A DNA stretch of 63,154 nt, the filler included, from Trichomonas gallinae (lineage: Eukaryota), in NCBI GenBank assembly GCA_008369845.1. It is 7 parts of 7 records of this genome, joined end to end, with 100 filler letters (N's around TTAATTAATTAA, not from the genome) between each part and the next. Parts side by side here need not be neighbours in the genome. Positions count along the whole stretch, not along the records: positions 44,375 to 49,703 come from MRSU01000038.1; positions 49,804 to 55,076 come from MRSU01000040.1; positions 55,177 to 61,195 come from MRSU01000047.1; 4 more parts are not named here. One strand, written 5' to 3'. The position numbers and the translations under genes were made by a program. Of this stretch, positions 44,494-56,222 are shown one piece after another; position 1 is the stretch's first letter; every line of letters starts with the position of its first letter. Under the pieces are notes generated by a model that was given only the letters and a program-made list of their open reading frames with translations, had not been told where the DNA came from and did no database searches.

Positions 44494-45268
44494 TTTCTTT
44501 GTAAACTTCAGGATATCAGCAAAACAGGGTCTGACATATTTAAACAGGGGTATCATTTTAAGCAGGGTGTACAATATTTAAACGGGGGTTGCAACTAAAA
44601 ATCATGCATAATGGTACAGCTGTTTACAAACAATTTCTCGAATTTTGTACTGTAACAATATGAGCTTCCGTCTTGGTATATTAGTTTGACGGCTGATATC
44701 GGCAAAGCAAATATTTTCTGGAGGTAGAGTCTCTAAGCATACCTATTGCAATTTATGTAAAGAGAATTCAATTTTGTTAATGATATCCTTTCAAGCTGAA
44801 AATCAGATAGATTGAAGAGCTCTATAGCATAAATGATCAAAAGAATCAACCATAAAAATTTATGTCAATTTTACTGAGATTGACACATAAATCTAACAAA
44901 TTTATAATTTGTCAAATAAACTAAACAAATTCCTGGTTGTCGAAATCAAAAGTTTTATTAGTCAGATTAAAGTATTACACTAAAAGTCACTCTTGCTGGT
45001 CTACACAACTTTGGAAAGATGATATAATGCATGTTAACTGTGCTATGTCCAGCGCAAACAACATTGCTATTATCATATCTGCTGTTGAATACTTTTTTCG
45101 CTATATAAAATGAGAATGAAACCACAATACTGCTGAAGATCAAGCTCAAGTCAATTTATAAATTGAGACAGTGTTTTAATTGCAATTCTGCTAAATATAA
45201 TTTAAAAATTATATGAAAAGCTTTTATAAGAAAAGAATAGTATAAAATCGAAAGAGAGTAGGTTCAAT

Positions 45269-46261
45269 TTATGGTTGGAGAGTATCATTTTGATTTTCGT
45301 CGGATTTTGGTTTCAAGCAACAATCAATGCAAATCAAAATCAAACAAACAATGCTGACAACAATTAGAACGGAATCAACAACCCACAACGCGATCGTTCT
45401 TTGATAAGCATGGCTTATTACAGGCATGTTATCAAGACTAGTCAAGTGTATGAGAATGTTTCCTAATCTATATCCAGCGATTGCGATTCTGTCTCTGGCT
45501 ATATTCTGAACTTCTTCGAAGTATGACTGTGGGGGAGTGCTGTTTGCAGGAACTGAATAACCATGTGCATAAGCAACATCAAAGCTTTCATTATTCCAGG
45601 CAAATGGATCGAATGTTTTGAGATCTTTATCGCTATACCTTGATTCTGGTCTATTCTTTAAGAGCCAGGATACATTCTTATAAAATTCATCCTTATATTC
45701 AGGAACAAGTGGATCCCAAAGTGGATAAGCAGCTCCAGCGGAGTCCCAAAAAGAGTGCATATTTTTGCAAAGTGCTCCGAACGAGCAATTTAATAACCAC
45801 AAATTGCCACCAAGATCACCGGTTGGATAATCTTCAGAGTAGTACATTGTGTTATGATGAGGAGTGTGCATATCACCGAAGAAGTGAATGAAGTTCCTAA
45901 GATGAAATGACCAAATATAAGGATCTGTTGTTGTTGGATTGTTCATTGTTTTCCAAGCACTGTCAAGATATGTTGTAATATTGTAAGTATTTGGAATTGG
46001 ATAAATTGGCATTGTTTTATTTTTAATTATTGGCTTATCAGAGAAATGCCAAGAAGCCATGCTATAGAGTTTATCTGCCTTGAGATCATCTTGCCATGTA
46101 GACGTTTCGACCATCGTTGAACGTGGATATGCACTGATTTGAATCAATCTTTCGATCTTGTTAATTTGATATCTTGAGAGTTTTGATGCTGCAATCTGTG
46201 CTACAAGTTTATGTGAATGTCCCCACCAAGACAAACTATGTGAGAATAGTGCAAAAAACAT
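45269..46261 (-). CDS. S1/P1 (class I) nuclease with signal peptide and C-terminal TM anchor
   Basis: WWGHSH, WQDDLK, WHF, HFFGDMHTPHH, DLGGN, MHSFWD and AGYRL motifs. Confidence 0.92.
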   Translation of the reverse strand: MFFALFSHSLSWWGHSHKLVAQIAASKLSRYQINKIERLIQISAYPRSTMVETSTWQDDLKADKLYSMASWHFSDKPIIKNKTMPIYPIPNTYNITTYLDSAWKTMNNPTTTDPYIWSFHLRNFIHFFGDMHTPHHNTMYYSEDYPTGDLGGNLWLLNCSFGALCKNMHSFWDSAGAAYPLWDPLVPEYKDEFYKNVSWLLKNRPESRYSDKDLKTFDPFAWNNESFDVAYAHGYSVPANSTPPQSYFEEVQNIARDRIAIAGYRLGNILIHLTSLDNMPVISHAYQRTIALWVVDSVLIVVSIVCLILICIDCCLKPKSDENQNDTLQP

Positions 46262-46477
46262 TTGTTTTGTTTGTCAGAAAAATTCTTTCAATTTTGAATC
46301 GAATCGTCTGTACTACAGAAACCTGAATCCGAGTTCTCAAATGTCAGATTCATTAATAATCCGCTTTCTCCATAATCATTAATAGTCACGCAAACATTAA
46401 AATATATGTATTTATTGAGTTATCAATAGATTTAATATTCTTCATTTAGTGCACATAAACAATATTAATTTTAATTT

Positions 46478-46571
46478 TGCAAATTATTTCAGACTATTTG
46501 AGAGGATTGAGATTCGCTTCGCATCGCTCCGCTCATCTCAATCCCCTCAAATAGACTGATATAATTTTGCA
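46478..46571 (-). repeat. Palindrome with degenerate (GCGAA)n loop
   Basis: About 36-bp arms (3 mismatches, 1 gap) around TCGCTTCGCATCGCTCCGCTC. Confidence 0.85.
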
Positions 46572-47787
46572 TTCATTATCATATTTCAATTTTGAGAACA
46601 ATATGTGTGACTTCTTGAGTATCGTATTAAACTCAAATGTCTTCACATATTTTAGTTCTCCAAATTGAATTAAAATAATGAATTTTATTTATTCTTTACA
46701 ATTGTGAATTAAATTATATTTTTAGAACATATTATACTTGATTTTTTTTTTTTTGGAATTTTTTCTTTTTTTATCAATTGATTTAATTTATATGGATATG
46801 TTATATACTGGTTGCTCTAATGTTTTATATCATTTTTGATTTTTATCTTAAAGTATATTTTCTGTATCAGTTGATTTAGTTTAAAGACCCATTATAGAAC
46901 GACCATATTTTCATAGAATGAAAGAGAAGTTGCTGTATGTTAGATAGCTAAAAATAACATTTTCTAATCAATTATAAAAAAATCGAAATCTGGACGTGTA
47001 ATGTAGCTACACTAAGTCTAATTAATGATATATTTGCATCTCTCGATATAAAATGAAAAAAGTATAAACCCTTATTATAAGCCAAATTTGATTTAAGATA
47101 ATATTTCATCATACTTCAACATAATACTATTCAATTGATAAATTATTGTTTCCTCATATGAAAACTATTGGATGATGTATTGTTCTGTATTTTTGATTTA
47201 CTTTTAGAGTTTCTGTCATGAAGTTTCATGTATAAAGTCATATGCTGTATAATTAAGAGATATATCAAATACAAAACAATCTGGAATAAGTTTGGAAACC
47301 AAATTGAATTTTTTAAGTTTTATCCATGTATATATATACTAGATTATGTGTAAATTTCATCTTTACTTGCATCACTTTGTAACTAGCTTAATATTTTTAT
47401 TTAATCATTGATTTGATTTTATGAAAAAAAATAATAACATATATAGACTCATGAAATAATATCCAAAAATACCATAGTATACAAAATCATTTTACGTTAT
47501 CAATAGTTGCTATTATCATTTGTTGATATTGAACAAAAAATATATCTGATTCAAATGTTCATTACATGTAATTATGAAGTATATATAGGTTGTATAGCAA
47601 TGTTTCAATGCAGTATGCGTTATTGATGAAATATTTGTTGAGTTTTTGATTATTAAGTGAAAAAATCGATTTTATAAAAAATATAGCACGAGTATGCTAT
47701 ACTTGGTCCAAATATAGTATAAAAATGAGAAAAATTTGAAAATCGAAAAACCAAGTTTACAAATAACCTCCGGATCTAAAAATTTTT

Positions 47788-49401
47788 ATGAATATTCAGC
47801 TTGCTTCATATAAGTATATTTCTTATATTCTCGCGAGTCTCCCTGGCCCCAAAGTCGTCCTCTATGATGAAGAAACGCTTCCAATACTGAGTATGACTTT
47901 AACAAAGACCGAATTATTGTCTTCTGAAGTTGTTTTGACAGATGACTTCACAAAAATCACACAGGGTCCATATTCCGGCGATCTTTCATCTCTTCCAAGC
48001 GTTTGCTTCTTGAGGCCAACAGACGAAAATATTAATCAAATCTGTACTGAACTTGGACACCCACATTTCGTTAAATATACACTTATATTCACAAACGTTG
48101 TCAGCGAAGCATTCTTACGCCAAATTGCTTCAAGAGATTCAAATAGTCTCGTAAATTCCATTCAAGAAGCTTTCTTGGATGTATATCCAATCGGTACCCG
48201 CATTTTCTCTATCAATACAAACGGAATTCGCGATATCCGCGATAATTATATGCCAATGAATCCGAAAATCACAAGAATTGTCGATGGAATCTTCTCAAAT
48301 CTTTGTTCGCTCAAAATTAGACCACAAATTCGCTATGACAAGTCATCAAATCTTTGCCAGAACATTGCAAATTCAATTTCTCGTCAAGTTAATCAATATG
48401 TCGATATTTTCTCTGCACAACCATCTCCACATCTTTTACTCATTCTTGACCGTAATTCTGACCCAGTTACTCCACTTCTTCACCATTGGTATTACAATGA
48501 TGCAATCCACGAACTTTTTGGCATCAAGGACAACACAGTTCTCATTGGTGACAAGCAGTTGGTCTTAGATGAGCGCACAGACTTCATATTCTCAGAATTC
48601 GCATATAAATATCTTGGTGATGTTTTCCAAGATGTTACAAAGAAATTAGAAGCTCTCAAGGTCACAGCTGAGAGTATCAAGACAGCTCCAACAGATATTT
48701 CTGGATTCCACGAAAAAATCGCAAAAGTTTCTCGCGGACAAGAAGAAAAGACAAGATTAGCCGAGCACGTCAACATTCTCGATGCAATTCAGTCCAAAGT
48801 CAATGGCGACAAACTTTCCTTAACACAGCTCGAACAAGTTGTTGCAACAGATTCAGATATTCAGCAAATGCTCGAATTAACAATCCAAGCAATTAAGAAT
48901 CCATCTACATCAGAAGATGACTGCATTAGACTCTCAATGGTCTTCATTTTGCACTTCAATCAGTACTTAGACCAGATTGATGCAGCACTCGCAGAAAGAT
49001 TCGTAACTGAATCAAGAAGAAGTTTGTTGCACAAAGCAAGTGAGTTAAGTGCTAAAGTCCAGTATTTGTTTGGCGACAAATCAAGAATATCTCAGATCAT
49101 CAAATCAGTCAAATCATTCAAACAGGTGAATGAAGACCAGTATGACCTCTTCAAGCCACTTGTTTCTTCAATAATTAAGAAGATCAGTGAGATGACTTTG
49201 AAAGAAGAATACTATCCATACGTACAGAAGAACTCAATGTGCTCCGTCAAGCCGGCGAAAGTTATTGTTTTCGTCGTCGGTGGTGTCACATATGAGGAAG
49301 CAAGAATATGCCACCTGCTGAGCACCAAGGACTTCGAAGTCATTGTTGGAGGCACTGACGTTATCAACGCCAAGCAATACATTGAATATGAGCTGATGTA
49401 A
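47788..49401 (+). CDS. VPS45: Sec1/Munc18-family protein, Vps45-like
   Basis: CFLRPTDENI, LLILDRNSDPVTPLLHHWYY, FVVGGVTYEEA and IVGGT motifs. Confidence 0.85.
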   Translation: MNIQLASYKYISYILASLPGPKVVLYDEETLPILSMTLTKTELLSSEVVLTDDFTKITQGPYSGDLSSLPSVCFLRPTDENINQICTELGHPHFVKYTLIFTNVVSEAFLRQIASRDSNSLVNSIQEAFLDVYPIGTRIFSINTNGIRDIRDNYMPMNPKITRIVDGIFSNLCSLKIRPQIRYDKSSNLCQNIANSISRQVNQYVDIFSAQPSPHLLLILDRNSDPVTPLLHHWYYNDAIHELFGIKDNTVLIGDKQLVLDERTDFIFSEFAYKYLGDVFQDVTKKLEALKVTAESIKTAPTDISGFHEKIAKVSRGQEEKTRLAEHVNILDAIQSKVNGDKLSLTQLEQVVATDSDIQQMLELTIQAIKNPSTSEDDCIRLSMVFILHFNQYLDQIDAALAERFVTESRRSLLHKASELSAKVQYLFGDKSRISQIIKSVKSFKQVNEDQYDLFKPLVSSIIKKISEMTLKEEYYPYVQKNSMCSVKPAKVIVFVVGGVTYEEARICHLLSTKDFEVIVGGTDVINAKQYIEYELM

Positions 49402-49703
49402 TACCAATATTCTATAAATCTTCTATATATAATTAATTCATCGCTATTTTTTTTTTAATTTTTGCATTCAAAGATACTGCTTCAATTTACTAGTTTTAAA
49501 GTGCTGCAAACAAGCAGCTAATTGGCTACACATTGGATAATATGCACTTGTAATCTATTATACTAGAATGTATAATAGATATATCTAATTTTTAGAACAT
49601 AATATTTATTTAAGAATTGTCAGAATTATTCTCATTTTTAATGAGAGTATGATCATATACATCCATTGTGAATGCAAAAAAAAAAAAAAAAAAAAAAAAA
49701 TTC

Positions 49704-49803
49704 NNNNNNNNNNNNNNNNNNNNNNNNNNNNNNNNNNNNNNNNNNNNTTAATTAATTAANNNNNNNNNNNNNNNNNNNNNNNNNNNNNNNNNNNNNNNNN
49801 NNN
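49704..49803. other. Artificial contig linker
   Basis: N44-TTAATTAATTAA-N44. Confidence 0.97.
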
Positions 49804-49911
49804 TTTTCTTGATGAAATATGATTCTATACATCATTCCTAATCATAAAATTGAATGAAATCAAAGATTTGTATTTCGAAAACCGCCGTTGATTGAAAGTC
49901 ATTTTCACAAA

Positions 49912-50544
49912 ATGGATCTTGAGATACTTCACTCAATAAAAGTCGAATTCTTCGATGACGACTATCAGTTCGATGCTCCTGATATTCTCATGATGAATCT
50001 CGAACGAAACATAAGGTCTACAATGGTTGGACTTTATTTCTGTGCTTATACATATCCTCCAGAGCGTAATATAGAAGCTAACTTTGATAGCGAGCTATTC
50101 CTGTATGGTAATCTCGAACTTTATGGAGACTTAGATGGACTGACTTTCAAAATTACTTTAGACGAAGGTCAAGAATGGCTTCTCACCCCTGATATGATTT
50201 TTTACATTTTACAGGGACGACCGTACACTGTCAAATGGGAAGGAAGACCTGTTTTGATTTATGAGGATAAAGTTCTTAGAATCAATCAACCGTTCTTTTT
50301 TGATCTCATGAAGAAAATTAAAGTGTACCTTGAAGATAGGACGATTGGAAACATCATTTTCAAAAGAAAAGAATTTTCAGCGCTATCAACTCATTTTCAG
50401 GTTAGTTCGCATACACATTTCTACGATGAGTATGATTATGCCGGTGATTCTTATTATTATCACGGGTGTGAAAATGAAATTCCCGACATAGAACCTGAAT
50501 TCAAAATTGTGTCACCAGATAAATCTGCAGCATCCCTACGGTAA
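49912..50544 (+). CDS. Hypothetical protein
   Basis: ATG at 49912 after Inr TCATTTT; 210-aa globular-looking ORF. Confidence 0.65.
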   Translation: MDLEILHSIKVEFFDDDYQFDAPDILMMNLERNIRSTMVGLYFCAYTYPPERNIEANFDSELFLYGNLELYGDLDGLTFKITLDEGQEWLLTPDMIFYILQGRPYTVKWEGRPVLIYEDKVLRINQPFFFDLMKKIKVYLEDRTIGNIIFKRKEFSALSTHFQVSSHTHFYDEYDYAGDSYYYHGCENEIPDIEPEFKIVSPDKSAASLR

Positions 50545-51162
50545 TGGCTGATGTCTGTATAAGATGTGCTGTAATTCTCTGTCTTAGAAAAGTTCTTCAT
50601 TAAACATTTTTTATTATCATACGTCTATTTCTCAAAATTCATAGGAATTCTTCCATTTTCTACTCCTATCCAAAGTCTTAAATCTAATATAGTTTGGTGT
50701 GGACTTTTAATAACGCAATAATATTAATTTTGAGAGCTATTATCCTTTTCTTGTTGACAGTTTACATGGCAAATCTACCATGTAAATATTATACATGTCA
50801 GATAAAAAGTAATAAATCGTGTTGAATCACTTCTGATTTTCATTAACTATATACTATGATAATCAAAAATATTTAACAAAAATGATATAAATCATAACTG
50901 TTTTATTGAAAGAATCTCTGAAAAACCTCAAGCATGGCATTAATAATAAATGGATAGTATAATTTATTACACATAATCATTACCTGAATCAATGGCATTG
51001 GCGAACATTCTCTATATTTATAGTACATCGAGATAAATCATTATATTATCGAATTGAATATTGTGCTCTTAAACAGTAATATTTGAGCTATATATCAAAT
51101 AAATAAGATTTTAATAGCATATAATAAAGTGGAAACATGATTAATGATAACAAATATAAAAA

Positions 51163-51993
51163 TTATTCAACAATGTTGTCTAAATTGATTTCTTCGAGTG
51201 TTGCAAGAGGAACAAACTTCTTATTACCAACAAGTTTCCATGAATCTAACAGCAATAATTTTTCATTCAATTTCTTTTGTATTTCTGGTTGCTTTTCGAT
51301 GCTCTTCGGCGATAGAGCACCATGAATACCAAATGATCGCATGATTGTAAAGCCGGAATAGTTAAATGCATACAATGCACTCCATGTATAGGCATCTAAA
51401 GAGTTTCCTTCTGATGGCTTGAAATAATTGGGCATACTAGCAGTAGTTATGATGACTGTTGCCTTTCTTCCAGATAAATAACCTTTTTCTAACATATGTT
51501 GGAAATCCCATGCGAATGGCATCGTCAAAACTCTTTCTGCATATGCATAAACCGTAGCTGGAAGTCTTCCAAACCACATTGGCGCGAAAATTACAAGATG
51601 TGTGCACCATTTTAAGTTATCTTGTTGTATTTTGATTTCACTCTGGAGATTATCTTCGCTTTGGTTTGCAAAGAGATTAAATGGTTCTTTTTGACAAATC
51701 TTGAAGTCTTTTTCGGTTACAACCCGATCAAATCCCGCTTCAATCAAATTAACGTACCTAACCTCATGTCCATGTTCCTCTAGATACTGTTTGGCGGATT
51801 CTGCGAATCTAAATGTTGTAGCAGAGTGTGTTGGATCAACGTGGGCAACTAAAATCAAAATTCTCATCTTTCCATTTTCATCTGCGGTTTTTATCGGGGC
51901 CGTTGATTCATGATTTTCCGTTTGGTTTTGTTCTGGTTGCTTGTCTTCCCTCAACTGATCAGCAGCAACTTGTTTCGATGGTCCGCAGCCCAT
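51163..51993 (-). CDS. Flavodoxin-like fold NAD(P)H:quinone oxidoreductase with N-terminal acylation motif
   Basis: MRILILVAH, PMWFGRLPATVYAYAERV and LSGRKATVIITT motifs; MGCGPS N-terminus. Confidence 0.87.
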   Translation of the reverse strand: MGCGPSKQVAADQLREDKQPEQNQTENHESTAPIKTADENGKMRILILVAHVDPTHSATTFRFAESAKQYLEEHGHEVRYVNLIEAGFDRVVTEKDFKICQKEPFNLFANQSEDNLQSEIKIQQDNLKWCTHLVIFAPMWFGRLPATVYAYAERVLTMPFAWDFQHMLEKGYLSGRKATVIITTASMPNYFKPSEGNSLDAYTWSALYAFNYSGFTIMRSFGIHGALSPKSIEKQPEIQKKLNEKLLLLDSWKLVGNKKFVPLATLEEINLDNIVE

Positions 51994-53374
51994 ATTTTAG
52001 AGAAATATTTATATGTCAACAATTTTATTTTTCAAACTCACAAAATTTTAAAAACTTTACAATATCAATCAATTTCACAAAATTGTAAATCATGACATTA
52101 TCTTTATATGTAATAATTGTGTTTTTCGATTTTTTTGCAATTACAGGTTATTTTATTATAGATTTACTTATTATTTGCTGTCTTATTAGTTTTTATGTTG
52201 TATTATCTAGAAAATTCACCTTTTTTAAGGCCAGCAATTTTTTTAGAAAAATAACGTGCAAATTTAACCTTATTGGTATGAAAACCACAATGATTTTTGT
52301 TCATTGCGAGATATAGTAAAGTGCGTTATTGATTACACTTTCCCCTAGCGATCTTGGTCTTAAACTAAAAATAGATGCGATGCTTTTTATCTTACTCCCA
52401 AAAAGTTCGGTTCTATTTGAATAAGCATCTATTGACTATGTTGTACATAACTAATCAGTTGTATTGTGCCAATTATGTGTATCTCAAAAATTCATTGATT
52501 CATACTCGTAAATGTATTGCAATCAAAAATTTAATGCAATCAAAAATGATGTTTAATTTATGAGAATCTTTTTTAATGCATGTTCTAGGATATTTTGTTA
52601 TGAAACAAACTCACCATGAGTCAATTAAACAAGATAAGTTAATCAAAAGCATATGTGATAACTAAAGAGTCTTATTTTAAAAGATGAATGTTGCATAAGT
52701 CTTATACAACAAAGATAACAAGAGACCTGAAATGCACTTATATAAATCATATTGTAAAGTTTCTATATCTTTATTTATGTCTATTGTTTTCATCTTTTAG
52801 AGGAATTACGTTTTAGAGTTTGACAACAACATGTTGACAAATTGCTGAAGCATTAATCAAAGCTGTTTTGCTGTCATTGTTTTCTGCAATTACATCCATG
52901 CAATATTATTTAATTTACTGTGCTCTTATTCCATTAGAAATATAGATGATAACTAGGCTTCCATGAAAGATACTTCGACAAAAAATCGTGAGAAATTTTA
53001 CTGAGGCAAAGTTCCCGTTTCAAAAAACAAGAGAATTCCCTCTGAATCATATGTATAGTATACAATCGCAATTGTCACATATATGCTAACACGAATCCTG
53101 CAGTACACTTTTGCCTAAGCACTTTTCATATGTTTTATCATGGTGAATTCAAAATTAATCAATGAAATAGAAAAGAGCATATCCACCATTTTGAGTTAGA
53201 TACAATATATAGTCCAAAATCATTGATAAAACCAATAATTTAGTGAAATTTTGATATTTGGTACAAAACTTTAGTATTTCGCGAAAGATGTATTTGAAAA
53301 AGTGAAATTAAATGGATGTATTCCAGTATAATCCAAAAATCACATGAAATCATTATGAAAACTGTCACTTTTTA

Positions 53375-53956
53375 ATGCTCCTATTTTTGATATTTTTTGT
53401 GAAAAAAGAATTATATGGTCACAATCTATTAGTTCAAGGGGATTCGTGGCTCGAAGAGTCTGATTTCGATGATATTGATAGAAGCAAGGTTGTTAACCTA
53501 TATATCCGAGATGGAATCATAATTATCAAAGAACATACGTTTAAAGGATTCGATAACTTACAAAAAATCACTCTACCTGCTACTTTAGAACATTATGATC
53601 CCACCGCCCTAGACGATTGTCCAAATTTGCAAGATGTTCGATATAATGGCGATGAAAGAGATTCTAATGAAGATCCACATATTGAACAAGTTGTTCCAGC
53701 TATACCTTTGGTACCTTGGACAATTGTTATCGTATTAATTGTTATTTGTGTTTTTTCAATATCATATTTTGGCGATGAAATGCGTGCAAAAGATGAAATA
53801 ATAGCAGAGCTTCGTAACAGGGAGATTTCAGCTGATTCTGTCGATGCAAAACACGCAGATGAATTGTTTCAGATTCTTAAAACGCTAGAAGCTGATGATT
53901 ACGCAATAAATTTAGCTGAATCAATACGAGCAAGACTTGCAAGAATAGAGGAATAA
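53375..53956 (+). CDS. Small BspA-like LRR type I membrane protein
   Basis: Signal-like start, IKEHTFKGFDNLQKITLPATL, ALDDCPNL and one TM helix; GTCACTTTTT Inr just upstream. Confidence 0.75.
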   Translation: MLLFLIFFVKKELYGHNLLVQGDSWLEESDFDDIDRSKVVNLYIRDGIIIIKEHTFKGFDNLQKITLPATLEHYDPTALDDCPNLQDVRYNGDERDSNEDPHIEQVVPAIPLVPWTIVIVLIVICVFSISYFGDEMRAKDEIIAELRNREISADSVDAKHADELFQILKTLEADDYAINLAESIRARLARIEE

Positions 53957-54072
53957 ATAGATGTATGTTAATTTTAAAAATATTCAAATAAAATTTAATA
54001 TTTTACATGTGTTTGATGTTGTTCATGTCTGTAATGATGTACAACAGCTCAACAAATAGAATATAATAGAAA

Positions 54073-54789
54073 TTAAGCATAAGGATTGGAATTACTTGTA
54101 TTGCCACTCCATGGCTCAGTTGGTTGCTGGTACTGAGTGTTTTGAATTGTATCAGCAGCATATGGGTTCTCCACTAGAGGAATTTGTTGCTGATCTTCTG
54201 TTTCAGGCTGTTTTTCTTCTTTTGGTACTTTTGGTACTTTTGGTACTGCTTTTGGAATAAAATATTCTCTTTCACCAGGAAAGTTTTGAATCTGTCCATC
54301 AATCAAGACTCCATCATCTTTATGATCATAATTATAAATATCATTAGAATTATGTGGTGCAGGAACAGGTGGTTCAGCTTCAACATCATGTAAGGATTTG
54401 TATTTTCCAGCTGGAGCAAGGAATGCTCGCTTATTATCGTCGGTTGAAATGTGGACTTCGATGTCTGCTCGAATTGTAGAATCCTCCATATCAAAAATGT
54501 GACGTGTAGTTGTATCTATATCGAAATTGTCAAATGGCAGGCTAAGTTTCCCTAGAACTTTTTTCCTTCCAAAACTCTTGCACGCGATAAATGAGATTTC
54601 TATAGTACCTTTAGCTTCATATTGGTCTTCGCAGTCGAATTTGAATATTTTGAAGCATGTAACTGGATTTGAGTGACATTCACATTCTTGTGTTTCGCCT
54701 TTTGGCGTCAACTCTATTCTAACCATGTATGTGCCAAATAATGGCATATCATCAGAAGTAAAACAATGCGCTTTAACATATAACCTCAT
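54073..54789 (-). CDS. C2-domain-like protein with Pro/Gln-rich tail
   Basis: beta-strand pattern MRLYVKA...KVLGKLSLPF, then a low-complexity tail with NPYA motifs. Confidence 0.6.
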   Translation of the reverse strand: MRLYVKAHCFTSDDMPLFGTYMVRIELTPKGETQECECHSNPVTCFKIFKFDCEDQYEAKGTIEISFIACKSFGRKKVLGKLSLPFDNFDIDTTTRHIFDMEDSTIRADIEVHISTDDNKRAFLAPAGKYKSLHDVEAEPPVPAPHNSNDIYNYDHKDDGVLIDGQIQNFPGEREYFIPKAVPKVPKVPKEEKQPETEDQQQIPLVENPYAADTIQNTQYQQPTEPWSGNTSNSNPYA

Positions 54790-55042
54790 GCTTTAAAAAA
54801 TATGATTTTTTTTACAAAATCGGATCTTTTTCTAAAAAAAATCGGATATAAAATCTTTGACAAAAAAAAAAAAAAAAAAACATATAGCTGAAATCACAAA
54901 CATTTTAAAAGGGTTTGTGATTTAATTTTAACATTTCTGGTCAATGCATATTTGTGTTTACTTATATTCCAGTGAATAGGAGTTTGACAAAATCATGATG
55001 GTCATACATTGAAGCACAAATTTAAACTGTTTTGTCGTGTTC

Positions 55043-55076
<34 letters not shown>

Positions 55077-55176
55077 NNNNNNNNNNNNNNNNNNNNNNNN
55101 NNNNNNNNNNNNNNNNNNNNTTAATTAATTAANNNNNNNNNNNNNNNNNNNNNNNNNNNNNNNNNNNNNNNNNNNN
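55077..55176. other. Artificial contig linker
   Basis: N44-TTAATTAATTAA-N44. Confidence 0.97.
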
Positions 55177-55177
55177 A

Positions 55178-55642
55178 GCACAACGTCTTAGCGAGCCAAG
55201 GTTACCAATCCTTCGCCCCGTAATTCGGCCTAGACTCTCCAATCGTCTTGCCAACAACCATATTTTATACTATTCCAATGAACCAGAGCTTTCTGATAGT
55301 GATCCAGGAACATGGGGAGGTCCATGGCCTACTAGACTTACAAATAAACCAGAATTTGCTGATAGTGATCCAGGAACATGGGGAGGTCCATGGCCTACTA
55401 GATTATACAATCGTCTTGCCAACAACCCTATTTTATTCGAGATAGATGAACCAGAGTCTGATAATAGTGATCCAATAATTTTTGAACCCCTCAGATGGCC
55501 GGGTACACCCAGCCAAATTCACGATATAGCTGCTGATGAAGTCACTGATCCATTTTATATTTCAAAAAGAATTGTCGATCCCCGCATAGTTGGTCCATCA
55601 AATTCACCTAGCATGCAACCCAGAATAGGTATGCACAAGTAA
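55178..55642 (+). CDS. 3' part of a repetitive Pro/Arg/Trp-rich protein (not in the ORF track)
   Basis: 154 open codons from the contig start to TAA 55640-55642; contains DSDPGTWGGPWPTRL x2 and NRLANN x2. Confidence 0.7.
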   Translation, partial: AQRLSEPRLPILRPVIRPRLSNRLANNHILYYSNEPELSDSDPGTWGGPWPTRLTNKPEFADSDPGTWGGPWPTRLYNRLANNPILFEIDEPESDNSDPIIFEPLRWPGTPSQIHDIAADEVTDPFYISKRIVDPRIVGPSNSPSMQPRIGMHK

Positions 55643-56222
55643 TGATGCAAACTAAAATAATGATTTTTTTTTAATTAGCTAACTAAAATTTGGGCTTTGA
55701 TTTAAATTTAGCTTTGAAAAATCTAAATTAGGCTATTCTTATATTGCACAACTCCAACTATTTTTATGATGAAATAATTACCATTAGAAATCGAATTGCA
55801 AGCAAGGTATTAGGACAATTACAATAATACATTAATATATTTTGCTCATTTCAATTCTCATCGAAAGAAAAAATAATGATTATTAGAGTTATCAATAAAC
55901 AAATGAAATACAATGAGCTATAGTATCATACATCATTATACCGTGAACATTATATTACAACTCTCTTAATTTAAAACATCAAAAATAAGAAAGTTTAAAA
56001 AGAATAGATATTGGAGATGTGATATTAGTATATAAAATTTTAAACTTAATAAAGAATTATCCGACGTTGCAAATTTTTTTTGAGAAAATTTGACGTCAAA
56101 TATGATGTAAAGTATTCAATTTTATTTACTACGGAAAATAATATTATTTTGAATTGAAACGGTTATAATTATATCATGAAAAAAAGATGCTTAAAATTAT
56201 TCAAAATTGAAGGCGCAAGAAT

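Noticed and set aside
49675..55076. Long poly-A/poly-T runs at 49675-49700, 54862-54880 and 55044-55076
   Set aside because: Simple homopolymers, two of them at contig ends. No TSD or retro-element body is visible.
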